Shown here piece after piece: positions 40,630-59,964 of a DNA stretch of 64,000 bases. Position 1 is the stretch's first letter. The number at the start of each line of letters is the position of its first letter. Below the pieces are notes generated by a model, which worked only from the letters and a program-made list of their open reading frames with translations, was not told the origin of the DNA and did not search any database. A program made the position numbers and the translations under genes. The stretch comes from the human T2T-CHM13v2.0 reference genome, Homo sapiens. The stretch lies in assembly GCF_009914755.1 (NCBI RefSeq), contig NC_060933.1. One strand, 5' to 3'.

Positions 40630-42484
40630 ATAGACATACAGAAAAGAGCATATATAGACACATATACATGTATAAATGTATACACTTATACATGTATAAA
40701 TATATACATTATATAAATGTATACACTTATACATTTATCATGGATATATTTATACATGATAAATATACAGTTTGATAGTTTTTCACAAAATGAACTTGTA
40801 TGACCACCACTCTGATCAGGAAACAGCATGAGCAGCCCCAGAGCATGAAGCCCCTTCACTCCTTTCCATTCATTCTCCAGCCCAGGGCGAGCACTGCTGG
40901 CTCCTGACAGCAGGGATCCACTAGCCTGCTCTAGAACCTGATGTGTATGAAATCGGGCCATGCCTAGTATTCTGTGCTGGCCTTCTTTTGCTCCCTGTTG
41001 TTTTTTATGAAGTTCATCCACATTACAATTTTTGATCACACTGTAATTTTCGATCATTCATCTCATTGCTGTATAGTATTCCATTGTGTGGATATACAAC
41101 AAAGTCTTTATCCATCATACTGTTCCTGGGTATTCCTCAGTTCTGGCTCTATGAACAGTAGCACCATGAGCATTGGGAACACGTGTGCAGATTTCTGTTG
41201 GGTGGAATTGCTGAATCATGTCATATACATATGCTCAGCTTTGGTACCTGTTTCCAAACAGTTTTCCAAAGCAGCTGTACCAGTTCACACTCTCACCAGC
41301 AGTGTATGAGGGTTCCATTTGCTCACCTGTTTCAACACTGGTTTTGTTAGTCATTTTTAGCCAGTTGGGTGTGTGTGTCATGGTATACCATTGTGGTATT
41401 AGTTTGTATTCCCCTGATGATGCACAGTGCTGATTTTGTTCATCAGTATATACCCAGCATTTAACATCATATCTGTGCTTTTTATTAAGGCTCTTTCTAT
41501 ACAAGTGAGAGAGGATGGGACAGAAACCCAACCTAAGTTGGCTTAAACGAAAAGGAACATTAGTGGCTCCTGTAGCTAGCAGAGAGACTGGAGTAGCTCA
41601 GACAACCAGAGCTGCTGGCCCCAGGGCTGGAGGCTTCTCTCCCACTGTGTGAGCCTCCCAGCAGCCCTGGCATCATCTGCCCTAAGCATCCACTTCTCAA
41701 TCCCAGGTGGCAGGAGAGCTGCCCCCGGGGAGCCACACTGTGTGTAAGATGCTGAGAGTGCTGTGATGAGGTGAGCCAGCTCCTGGGCAAAGGTGAGAAG
41801 GATTTGTCACCAGAAGAAGGGAGATGAGAAGGCTCACTGGACAAAGAAAAACAGACTTCTGACAGACCACCGTGGCATCACACACAGGAGATACTCCATA
41901 ATATCATTTTGAATGAATGAATGAGTCAGCCCAAGCTTATGTTGTGCAGGCCACAGACAGGGTGAACCAGAAATATTTTTACTGAAATTACTCTAGGAAA
42001 GCAAAGCCGTTTTAGGACAGCAAAGGATTTTCTTTCCTTCTGCCCTCATTTCCCCTAATTCAAGAGCTATTCTATGTTGAAATATGAATAGCTATAAGAT
42101 GTTTAGCCAATTCATGGATGATCTGTACAGAAATGAATAAATGAAAGAGTGGTGTTTGCTACTCTTCTGTTATCTGTTTTGAGTTTTAAGTCAAGCCCAT
42201 AATAAGCTGGTTCCTTCCTCCTGCCTGGGCCAACAATGAAAGCGAACAGTGATTAGAGTTTGGCAGAGCTGGTTTATGTGGTCTGTGGCCAGACTACAAG
42301 GCGAGTGTTATTTTGGGACCCAAATAAAAACTATAAGTTTTTTTCTTTAAATTCTTTCGGTAAAAAATGGGAGCCACTTATTAAAATAACCAAGCATAAT
42401 AGTTAAACTGGTAGCAGTAGATAAAGGGAACCCGGTAGAGAAGCCAAGAATATAGGTACACTTTGCTACCTTTCTCACGAATCT

Positions 42485-42742
42485 CAAAGGTAATATGATA
42501 TCCTGGATGGGAATCCTGGAACAGAAGGACATTAAGGCAAAACTGAGGAAATCTGAATGAAATTTGGACTTTAGTTATAGTAGTGATGCAGCAATCTTGG
42601 TTCATTAATTATAACAAACATCCCACACTAATGGAAGATGCTAATAACAGAGGAATAACAGGGGAAACTGGGTGTGGGATATGTAAGGACTCTGTATTGT
42701 CTTTGCAATTTTCCTGTCAATGTAAACTGTTTTAAAAAGTAG
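42485..42742 (+). mobile_element. L1MC-type 3' end
   Basis: atcctggaacagaaggacatta...gactctgtattgtctttgcaattttcctgt. Confidence 0.65.
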
Positions 42743-43242
42743 TTTAAGAAAAAACCAGGTGAGGGTCTTGGAGGAGCCTGTGCAGGGAGGCTCCTGGAGC
42801 TTCAGCTTTATTAGTTTTAGGGTCAGCCCACCTCTGGTCTCCCTCCATTCTTATCAGTGGGATCACGGGGAACCTAAAATTTTCTTGAGAAAGGCACCTT
42901 GAGTAGGTGGCCCCGTGAGCAGGTGGCCCAGCTGCTGCTTCCACTTCTGGCTCTGGGCCACTGGTACAGCACGGCGTGTCTGAGCCTTGTTTTTCTTATT
43001 TTAAAAGATGGGCATAATTTTATATCTCTGCCTCATAAAGGTGTTATGAGGTGTTAAAAGATCTTTCAACACTAGAACTACTATGCAAATGGAATAAATT
43101 ATCATTGTCCTTTGGACTACTTTGCTGAGACTTTTCATCGCCCCTCAAGTTTTAAATCTCTGCCTAGTATTCATTTTATTTCATTTTTCCTTAACCATCA
43201 GCTCTTGATGTAATACAAAATTTCAACTTAAAATTTCATTTG

Positions 43243-43398
43243 TGGCCAGGCATGGTAGCTCACACCTGTAATCCCAGCACTTTGGGAGGCTGGGGTGGAG
43301 GGATCACTTGAGGCCAGGAGTTTGAGACCATCCTGGACAACATAGCAAGACCCCATCTCTACAAACATTTTTTAAAAACTTTTAAAAATTAAAAAAAG
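43243..43398 (+). mobile_element. FLAM_C / Alu left monomer
   Basis: Single arm. Confidence 0.85.
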
Positions 43399-43463
43399 TT
43401 TTCATTTATGTAAGTTATTTGTGCCCTATTTTTCTATGTCCTGGATGTGAGAGGTTGCTCTTC

Positions 43464-44448
<985 letters not shown>

Positions 44449-44697
44449 TAAAAAACTGAAAGCATTTAACGTAAGACTGTGAAGTACAAGTTTGAACATA
44501 CATCATTGGCTTTATTTATAAAATATAGTATAAATATTATTTAAACTTTAAATTCTATACCCAAACTATTCATCAAGTATGAGGGAAAAATAAACACATT
44601 GTTAAACATGAAAGTCCTCAAAAAATGGCAGATTGAAACATACAGCATTTATCAGGCACCCTGCCAAAACCTTTCTAAAATGGCAGTAAAAAAGGTG

Positions 44698-45043
44698 TTT
44701 TGTTTGTTTGGTTGTTTGTTTTGAGACAGAGTCTTGCTCTGTTGCCCAGGCTGGAATGCAGTGGTGTGATTCTAGCTCACTGTAGCCCAGAATTCCTCGG
44801 TTCAAGTGATCCTCTTGCCTAAGTCTTCCAAGTAGCTAGGGCTACAGGCACACACCACCATGTCTAATTTTTAAAAATTTTTGTAGAAATGGGGTCTCAC
44901 TATGTTGCCCAGACCGGTTAGTTTTTAAAAGACATAAATGCACAGATAAATAGGTAGGGCCAAGCCAAGCCCTGGAGTTCAAGGCCAGCCTAGGCAACAT
45001 AGTAAGACCCTGTGTCAAAAAAAAAAAAAAAAAAAAAAAGAAA
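44698..45043. mobile_element. Partial AluJ (-, 44698-44912) and Alu monomer 3' fragment (+, 44968-45043)
   Basis: Alu motifs and tails. Confidence 0.85.
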
Positions 45044-45679
45044 GAATAGAAAAATAGGTGGGAAGAAGGCAGCAATACAATATTGGAAGCTAGAAAGTGT
45101 GGTATTTGATTAAAACGAGAGAAAGCCTTGAGGAAGGCTGATGTGTTTTATAGAATTCCAATTTGCTCAGAAATGGGAGGCATCAAGTACATTGGAAAGT
45201 AGGGACAGGATGGAGAAGAGTTAGTCGGAAGTCCATACGGGAGGCAGAAAGGCTCTCCTACACCCCGACTTCTGTCCCCGCCATGACAGCAGCCATCTAT
45301 TAATAAAAAAAACGATGATAAGAGCCAGAGAGGTTCTGGACTCTGGGCCCCACTGTGGCTTTTTTTTTATAACCTTCCTCTATAATACTTCCTCTAAGTA
45401 TTTTTAATAAAAAATGAGGCATAGGAAGTTTCCTTTACTAGATCAGGGCTCTTCAAGGTTGAGACTTGGCTATATTCATGTCTAGCACTAGATTGGGAAA
45501 AAGTGAGCAAATTTTTAGGGGCAATTATGTTTCCCAACAAAAATGTTTTTTCTGCTACCATCAAAGTCAGTTGCCAGCACTGAATTATGCTGCTACAAAT
45601 TGATTGTGATAAAACTTGACCTGTATACTGCAACTATATTTGAGCTTAGAGATGTTATCTAGTAGAATGTTTATAAGCT

Positions 45680-45845
45680 TAGGTTTTGGAATCTGTTTCC
45701 CTTAGGTTTTAATCAATTTACTAGTTGTGTAATCTTAAGCAAGTTATGTTAATTATTCTGAGCCTTAGTTTCATTAAAATGAGCAATATACCGCAGATTT
45801 CATATGACCACTGTGAGGATTGAATGAGCTATAGTGCAAGTTGAC
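45680..45845 (+). mobile_element. MIR relic
   Basis: ttactagttgtgtaatcttaagcaagtta...tctgagccttagtttcat. Confidence 0.65.
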
Positions 45846-47394
45846 TGCACAGGGCCTGCAAGAATGAAGGGCTCCAAACGGGGTGGGGACAGGAGTGGGA
45901 GTGATTTGTCTTGTGAAAAAGAACCTGAAGACCTCAAGAACGCCTGCCAATCTCAGAATCTCCCTTATTCTGTGAAAAAGTTTAAATGGGATCATAACTT
46001 TAAATTATAATTAGTTTCAATGTTTTTAGACAGCATTACTTTGAGATTTATGAAATAATGAGAGTTTAAACCTTAATGATAAAATTTTCTGTGTATATCT
46101 GGAATATTACTTTCATTATCTGTTATAATTACATATGAATAATTACATAAAGAGAAAATTGTGGAATTATCTCTAAAGAGTTTCTAGTATTTACTGTTAC
46201 ATTGATATGTGTGTGTATATTTAGCTTCTTCATTATCATTTCTGACTATTTTAAAATAAACCAACTTGGCTCACATTTTCACATTAGTGGTCTAGGAGGG
46301 AAGTGAATTCCTTTTCAAAGCTTAAAATTACTACATGATTAACTTTCAGTGATAATCTTAAAAAAGAACTACTGCTAGGACTTACATTCCAATCTGAAGC
46401 ATTCTCTGTTTTCTCTAGTAATCTTAATGGGAAGTCAGTTTTTTATGGGTACATTTGCCTTTAGAGTGATTGCAGGGTGCATGTTTCTAAGGTGTATAAA
46501 TTACTGACTTTGCTTGAGTAATTTTCCCCTTTCCATTCTAAAGTGGGAAAGTATAGAAAAATCATATTTGTAACTTTTATTCATTTTTAGGATTCCCATA
46601 TCCGTTTGTTCCTTCTTTTAGTTCCATTTTCTAGACAAAGTGTTTGTGGCCAAACGTTCACATCATGATCTCTCCCAGCACCAATTCTGATTTCCCAAAA
46701 AGTGCTAAGGTTTGTTTTCAAACTGGTTTGAGGTGTTCTTTGGGGGTGTGGGTTTTGTGAGTCACAGGGCTCCTCTCTGTCTGGGCTGGCCAAGGGCAGG
46801 GGCCAGCTCTCACCCCCCACTGCCATGGGTCCCTCTGAGAAGGAGTGAAGGAGGGGAGAAGGTGGGCATGTGAGGGCGAGTTGGCCTCATCCCCACAACC
46901 CCAGCACAGTAGTCCTTGCTCCTCTGAGCTTTCTATAATCACCCTAGCAAAGGGACAGTGATTTCCAGTGAGAAAACCCTCCACAGAGTATCGGGAGTAG
47001 TGGGAATCTACTAGAGGATGTGTCAGGAGGGAGAAATTACATGGGGAAATGACTTGTCTTCATTTTCTCTGGGGTTGTGATGTGACATCACATGGGCAGA
47101 GGCAGCACTGGGTCTCACCCTGCACTGTGTGCACAAGGGTCCAGTTGGAACAAGGTCAGGAGGCAGGGCATCTCACTGGCCTGTCCACATGGCCAGCTCG
47201 GAACACACTGTTTCCTGTCTCCTGAGACAGAAATTTGTATGAGAAGCAAAGATTACAAAGATTACAGATAAATGAAATTTAAATATTCAGTTATAAAACA
47301 AATAACTGAAGGGGTTTTTTTTTTTTTTGAGGAATTTTTCCAGCTTAACCGAATTAAAATGAACTATGATGAAACATGGCAAAAACTACAAGGA

Positions 47395-47695
<301 letters not shown>

Positions 47696-47962
47696 GGAAG
47701 TGGAAATATGGTTGAGAATAAAGGGATTTCTGTTGGAATTTCATCCCTAGGGGTTTGAAAACCATTTTACTATTCAGAAGCACAGAAATGGCCCAAACCA
47801 GGCCCTGAAAGGAGCCCAGGAAACAAAAAGGGTGAAAAGAAAAAGAAAAAAGTCCATCTTAGGCTTAGGGGCTAAGGTCACACAGGACAGACCTCCCCGT
47901 CCGACACCAGCCCCTGGCTAGACTATCACTGTGCCATACGGGAGGGATTGTGTGGTCAGTAG

Positions 47963-48284
<322 letters not shown>

Positions 48285-48547
48285 CCAGTGGTTGTTTTTT
48301 TAATCTGCTTTCCTCCTGTTTCTCAGAGTCACTTCCCAAGAGAAAGCACTATTAAAAGTATGGTGTAGCTCCCACTAGATGTTTCTCCATTTACGAGACA
48401 TGGTCAGATTACTTTCCCCCTAGGCTGTGGCCTCCTCCAGCCTCTCTTTTGGTTTATCTGTGTCTCATGAACATCCAAACTGCCTGGAGCTCCACAGGCT
48501 TCCCTGGGGGACCAGTGGGACCCACCTCCCCTGGTCTTTCCTGGTCC

Positions 48548-48840
48548 GTGTCTTCTGCAAAGGGCCAAGGAGTAACTGTTTTAAGCTTTGCAGCCATGTA
48601 GTCTGCTCAGTCACTAAGTTCAGCACAAAAGCAGCCACAGACTGTATATACCTAAGTGAGGGTGGCTGTGTGCCAATCAAACTTTATTACAGACACTGAA
48701 GTCTGAAGTTTGCATTTAATGTAATTTTCACATGTCACGAAATCTTTGGAGTTCTTTTCAACCATGTTTAGCTTGAGGTTCCATACAAGAACAGAAGGGC
48801 GTGGGATCTGGCTTCTGGCCTGTCATTTGCTGTCTCCTGC
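48548..48840. mobile_element. MER58-like (hAT-Charlie) DNA transposon relic
   Basis: aaagggcca...aaaagcagccacagac...gtggctgtgtgccaatcaaactttattacagacactgaa. Confidence 0.7.
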
Positions 48841-51404
48841 CCTGGCTCTCTTCCTGTCCATACAGGCCCATTATTCATGCTTGCATTTGCTGTTTGTTTA
48901 TTAAAATTCCCCAGCTCTTCGTTTTAAAAATGCCATTGGGATATATTTCCAATAGAGTGGGTCTCTTTCAACTCTGGGTTTCCCTGGTTCTTCCCAAGTC
49001 TGTACAAACAAGAAAAGTTGGGTCAAGGGAGGATGGAGGCTCCCAGCTGGTCTGTTCTGCAAAGGTCTGGAGATGAGGTAAGTGCTGAGGGCTGGGCCAC
49101 CCCACTGGGGCTGGGGCACATGGAGAATGTTTGGCACAAGCCCTTGCGAGGGTTCTGGGGCATCAGTCACTACCAGAAAGACAGCGCAAGTCATGCCCTG
49201 GTCGGCCATCCCTTCTGGTGGGGGTTGTGTTTTTGCTCCTGTGGCAAAGTGCTGCAATGACATTCCAGCTCTCCCAGGTTTATGCCCCACCATGGGTTTG
49301 GAATAGAGAGGCTTTTCTGGTTGTTTGTTTTACTAAGCAACATTTAGGACACATTTTTTAACTCCCTGTGGACAAGCAATCCTTCTAACAGAGCTCCTCA
49401 GCTGTTCCCAGTTATTTTTGTGGATGGTCTTGTGGATGGTGCAGGTCCCCTGAGGGGTCCTTCCTGGACACCCATGTTCATCCACTGAGGGCGACTGATC
49501 TCTGACTTCCGTCCCCACACAGGGTCAGACAAGTGGGTCTGATGCCTCCTGAGCCAGCAAGTTGCTGTGCTCCCTTGTTTTTTACCAACCAGACGACTCT
49601 TAGGGGCAGACGTGTGTGTCGCTAGGTCTGTGTTTGCGTGTCCGAGCCTCAGGACCACGTCCAGGAAAGTTAGGCTAATATGGTTTACAGGAGGCAATTC
49701 AGCAGCATAGCCACTGCATTCCTTTCTGCTTGTATCACTACATGGACGTATTTACTTCAAAAACACAAATAGAGTCTAGAAAAACTGGTTAAAAATCCAC
49801 ACAATTAGACTTGGAGATACAGTCTTTCCATCCTGTATGTAATCAAAAGATTTAAAAGTCAGGCACCTTTTGTCCAGCCTTGTAGCCTGGGGATTTCTGT
49901 TAACATTTCAGTCGGACGCTGTGTCAGTGAGGGACTCTCTTCTGCTAGGTGTGCCAATCAGGAAATTTCCAAAGGGAGCTTCTGGTGCTGCCGGCGGTTA
50001 GTTGTTACTTCAAATGATTGTGATGATACAAAGTGCTCGAATATCCAGTCCTTTCCATGTTAGAGCTCTTGAGAATCTGAAAACCCCATCTCGCCTCCCC
50101 CGTGGGGGTACCAGCCCTCATTTAAACGCCACGCTGTGACCAAAAGGACAGAGGTGCCTGGCCTGGTATTAGGCCCGGGAAAGTCTCAGTGTCAGATAAA
50201 TGACTGCGTTGTGTCAGCTCCATGTCACGCTCCATGTGCCCACAGAGGAGTGGGCTGGGAGGGGACAGCAGGCACTCTTGGGAGACTGTAAATCGGCTGA
50301 TCAAACAAGGGGATACACTGAGGGTGAAGGGACACAGTCTCTCCCCAACAGCAAAGCGACTGACAGATGTCAAAAGAGCTAGACTGAGGTGTCTGGGAGA
50401 GCTCGTGCCTGCGTGTTTTGAATATGGGTGTGCACAGACAGGGGTGGAAGTGGCTGCAAGTGGCTCATGCACCTGCACACACCAGTGTGTCCTTCCTAGC
50501 TCTTTCCACTGACAGGCCCTAGAAGTAATGAAGCTCCAGGAGCAACGAGCCCAGGTCCTGGTTTGTAAATACTGTCAGCTCCTTTGATTCTAGAGCTGGG
50601 CAGGGAAGTACAAAATGAGCCTAGAACAGCTGATGATGCCAGAGAGTAGGAAGACCTCAAAGAATGGTGGGGCTGTGTCAGAAGAACCAGGAGCAGTTTA
50701 CAGGAGCTCATACTGGCCAGACCTGGGGGCTTGAGCATCACGACCAATAGTGATCTTAAACAGGTTACAGCCTATGGAATAAACAAGTGACTGAGTGGAT
50801 ACTGATACAAATGAATAAGGGAAAAGGAGAAGCTCTTTCTGCTGGTAGAAAGCCAACAGATGCGGGAGGAATGATGGAAACGGAAAGCCACCTTTTGGGA
50901 CCCTCACTGTCGTTGGTGTTGCCATGAGCCATCATAGGGTCTCAGACTCAGGAGTGGACAGTGGTCTCAGGACATCCCATGGAGCACAGTGGTGGGGCCG
51001 CGTCTGAGGCACACAGGCAGCATTTCCATGGGGCTCCAAACCTGGCATCAACTCAGCATGGATATGCAGCGTTAGGCCCAGATTCAGCAATCTGTGGTGC
51101 CAGCAGCTGCACCCAGGCTGTCAAGACCAGCCATGCTGGGGCCTGAGGGGACAAGGAAGGAGAGACGCAGTTGGGACAGCTGGGGACATCTGAAGGGGCA
51201 CGTTCTGGTTTGGAGAAGTATGTTTTGGTCACATAGGAGATCTGCTCAATTGGGGAAAAACCCTGTGTGTGTCCAGGGGCGAGGGGTACCATGTCTCAGC
51301 ATGGCGCAACACAGAGGGAGGTGACAGGCGGTGTGAACAGGCGGCAGCTTCTCATTCTCCTCGTATACTGTTTCTGTAAATTCAAAATTACATTCAAATT
51401 AAAC

Positions 51405-51657
51405 TTTTTTTTTTTTTGGCGCAATTTCGGCTCACTGCAACCTCTGACTCCCTGGTTCAAGTGATTCTACTGCCTCAACCTCCCGAGTAGCTGGGATTAC
51501 AGATGCGCGCCACCACGCCCAGCTAATTTTTGTATTTTTAGTAGAGAAGGGGTTTCACCATGTTGGATAGGGTGGTCTCGATCTCTTGACCTCGTGATCC
51601 GCTCGCCTTGGCCTCCCAAAGTGCTGGGATTACAGGCATAAGCCACCACACCCAGCC
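51405..51657 (-). mobile_element. AluS with deletion near the tail
   Basis: Alu match. Confidence 0.9.
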
Positions 51658-52569
51658 TCAAATTAAACTGTAAAAACACGACTGAGGCTCAGAGAGTTTA
51701 AAAGGGATTTCTCAAAGTCATATAGCCAATCAACAGCTAAGTGGGCTGAGGTGGGACAAAGGCCCCTTGTCCCAGGCAGGGCAGTTGTGCAGGCCCCAGG
51801 GCCCCGGCAGTACCTGTTCACTCGGTAATGGTTTGATTGTCTAACACACATAAGATCATACGCATGGTAATGTGTGAAGAACCTAGACCAGTGTCTGGCA
51901 CAGAGGTGCCTTTGTATTTGTCAGTTTTCTTTCTGAAATGAGGGCAGATCATTGTTCTTCCCAGTGCTCCTGCTGTAGGCATTTCTAAACCTTTCTGAAG
52001 TTTATCATACTTCTCTCAGAAGTCTTGTGCGTGGAGAGCAGGGGTGTGGTGGTACACTCACCAAGACACCCACAGTGCCAAGTCCAACAGACATGTCTCT
52101 GCTACTTTCACCAGATGCTGCAGGAGCTGTTGCCCACTCCCTCCTCAGCGATCCCTGTGCACTTCCCCACCTTCCTGCCTACACTCAGCTCTGATCACCC
52201 CCGACACACCTCTCCTGCCTTACCTCACAAAAAGTACCTCATCTGCACCCCTGCCCTGGAGGTCAGAAACTCTCCACACCCCACATCCAGCAAGCCCTGA
52301 TGCCACACCCCCAGAGCACATCCACGTCACTCCAGTGTCACTCAGCCATGGTCCCCCTGCTTTCTCCCACATCTTGCCCACCTCCCCAGTCCACTCTCCA
52401 TGCAGCAATCAGTGTGATCCTTTCCAAATGACATCAGGTGGGGTTCTGGGGACCAGTCTGTGTGTTCTGGCCCTGCCCTGCTCCGAACTTCATCCTTGCC
52501 CTTCTCCCCACCACCAGCAGGTGGTAATGGGGCTGATGTGCATTCTTAAAGAATCACTTGCTGCTCCCA

Positions 52570-53980
<1,411 letters not shown>

Positions 53981-54099
53981 AGTCTAGGGTAAATTTTGCC
54001 AGCATCTTATGCCACGGTGTGACCTCACAGATGTTATCTCTCTATAAACCAGAGTATCTTTCAAAACAGAAAATGTTACTAAAATACAAATGAAACCAA

Positions 54100-56160
<2,061 letters not shown>

Positions 56161-58206
56161 TTAAAAGTCACTGAATCGGCCAGACATAATTTTTGGGAAA
56201 ATATTAGTCAAGATGAGTTAACGTATCTGTGGACACCCAAGGGTAGATTTAAACTCAGGATTCAAGGTTTCCCATTTATTTAAGTGGGAGACATAGCATT
56301 CCTCTTTGGTATTGCACTGAAATATAATACAAGGTTGGTTTTCTGTAAAGCTCTGCTAAAAATTCTATTCCCTTTGGACTAGCATCCAGCAGCTATTACA
56401 ACAGCACAGTGGGTCTCAGGTGTAAAACTGGGGCTGGATATCAAATTGCCAACATTCTTACAGCCATCTTTCTATCATAAACACCAGGAGAGCTCTCAAA
56501 TGCAGACTCCCCACATATGGCAACCAGCTGAACAAACACCCACTTGAATCACTGCCTCAGCATTTCTAGCTTAAGACGAGCTTTCCTGTGGAAGGCGGGG
56601 GCTCCAGAAGGGAAGTGCCAGTGCCTGCCAACCAGTTAGTGTGCTCAGCGAGGTCCCCTCCCAACAGCCACCCCTATATCACCACCTTCCTGACAATATC
56701 CATGGAAGCACAGGCATCTCGTTCACTTTCCTTAAGCCAGAAGTCTCAGGGGTGTGCAGGTCCCTAAGGTGCACTAGGGAGAGCCACGGGTCCAAGAATG
56801 TCCCACGGGGGCTCAGCCAGGTGCCGTCCTTCTCTTGGCCTCGATTTTAAATGTGACACATCTAAGGAGCTTTCCAGATAAGGCTTGATATTTTTCAATT
56901 CACTTTTTTTGTGTGTGTAACTATTTGTCATGGAAAGCATTCGAAAATATACGGTACATACCTCTTCCTCATCAGAGCATGTTTGTCTTAACTCTTTCTT
57001 GCCAATTTGGTCATCTTTTATCCACGTCAAATACAGTCATTTATAAAACTCGACTGCTGTTGAGATGTGCTGACCGTAGGCCTAATGATCTCAAGCCCAC
57101 TCTGTCTTGAGTTGTATTGTATATAACTAACGTACCCCTGTTCACAGCTTTTCCATCTTCTCTCCCCACCTGTACATGTGTGCCAATGAGACCCATCCTT
57201 TCTATTTCAAGTTATCAGTGACCGTGACCTTGGCTAAAAGAATGGAGCATTATTAACTTCCACAAAAGAACCTTTGCACACAGTCCCACAAAAGTCCTCC
57301 AGAAACATGCACTGAATGCCTGACCTCTTCCTAATGTCAGCGTTTCTACCTTTGACTTTATTTTACAAACTAAAGGGAGTAAGGTACACTTTTTTTACTG
57401 AAAGCATCTAATTTAAACCCCTTTTTGCTCACAAGGAGAGGTGAGGAGAGGCCCAGGGAGGCAGAGAGCTGCTCCATCTGCTCCCTTGTGCTTGGAGGCT
57501 GAACCTCGGGCCCCACGTTGGAGCTGGCCCAGGCCCCAGCCGTCCCAATGAGTCCCAAGTGCTGCCGCTGAGCCAGCCTGGAAGCTGAGCTGCCACGTTC
57601 ACAGGCTCTCCCTTACGGTCCTCATGCAGTTGTGATTAATTTGGAAGAGCCTGCGGCTTAAAAATCAACCAACACTTTCCACTTAAATCACTTAGGTATA
57701 CATTTTCTTATGGAAACTGTTGTGCTGAAGTTAGTAATTGTAAGCTTCCGCCAGGCCCCTCTCAGCCTCTGGCAGGTGCAGCTGGTGCTGCGATGCACCC
57801 TTGCCATGCTGGGCCCACATGCACAGGGTGAGGGCCTCCCACACTGGCAAGAGCTCAGCGATGCAGGGGCTGCTTCCTTTAAAAGCTTTGTCATGCCATT
57901 GTCCCCACACAACCTCATTCAGCAGAGCTGATCTGGTTCAATCCGGCAAGTCTCTGGAGCAGCAGGAAGGCCCTGTCACTGCAGTTCCAGCCTGCTCCCT
58001 TGCCTTGTGTCCTCTGACTAGCTGTCAGGCCAGATGCTTCTCAGGGAAAACGTCCCCTCACTATCCTTCCCTAAGGCCTGGGGAGGCCACAGTGCTTTTT
58101 AATCATGGCAGGGCTTGCATGAGACTTAAGCAGCACCCCCAGGCTTCTATATCAGTCGCTGTGAGAGGACAGAAAGGAAAGCACGTCTCTCAGAGACTAG
58201 CCCTAG

Positions 58207-58966
<760 letters not shown>

Positions 58967-59884
58967 TTACTCTTATCAGTTTTGAATATGTATCATCTGT
59001 TCAGGTTCCAGTAAGCAAACTGTGTTGTGGTTTGATGATCTAAATTCGCAGGTCGGTTCTGGGATAGCTAGAGGCTACCAGGTCCTGCTGTAACAGAAAC
59101 AGCAGACGTGTCCAGAATTTTCATAGCGCATGGGGGAAACCAGACTCTCCCAGAACCGCAAGCCTAGAAATCTGTGAGATTCCACTTGATTTCCCTGCTT
59201 TTGGGAGGAGGCTTTTGACCATAAAATGCCGTCTCATCATGAAGCTGACTTTCACCAAGGTAGGCCCTTTCCCTTACTGCAGTGGGAGCCGCACCACCAC
59301 TGGGCACAGTGAGGATACCAGGGTGGGCTCCTGCCCATGCCCAGGACGGTGTGTGGGCTGGACACCACTGGGGTGAGTCCTGAGGACGGACAGGCGAGGG
59401 GCGTCCAGGCTCGGCCACAGCCCTCACGGAGCCTCAGCTCAAAGGGCTTTTCAGGTCAGATGCTAAAACCGTGAGAAAACAGCTGCTTTCCAGCAAAGAG
59501 CCTGACGCATCCGCTTGGGGAATCCTCTGACCAGTCCTCCCCAGACCGTCTGGGTTGTGACAGACAAGGGCAGACCAAGGAGCCATCCCAGATGGAAAGG
59601 GTGTGGGGAAACCTGTGAAATGAGAATACAGCTGTAGGGAGGTTATGTACAATGTTCATGATGGGGAAGCAGCAGTCATGGGAGCCTGGAGGCTGTGGAG
59701 AGACCTACAGTGGGGCGGACGTGTGTGACAGCAAGGGCAAGAGGGGCGGTTGGCACCCATGGATGCTGCGCAAACACTCGGACCCTGATTTTCGCCAGAC
59801 ACCTGGAACGGTGCCCCGTGCCCCTCCCATGGCCCCTTTCTCCCCACCAGTGGATCTGTCTACCCGTTTCTTCTCCCCATGCAG

Positions 59885-59964
59885 GAAAAGTACCCAGATG
59901 CCGTGTACCTCTCGGAGGGGCCCTCCTCCTGCTCCATGGGGATCCGCAGCGCCAGCCGGCCAGG
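59885..59964 (+). CDS. CENPP: CENPP antepenultimate coding exon (80 nt; EKYPDAVYLSEGPSSCSMGIRSASRP-G)
   Basis: Acceptor ttctccccatgcAG at 59883-84, donor GG|GTGAG at 59965. Phase 0 in, phase 2 out. Joins in frame with the next two exons into the recognised CENP-P C-terminus. Confidence 0.93.
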
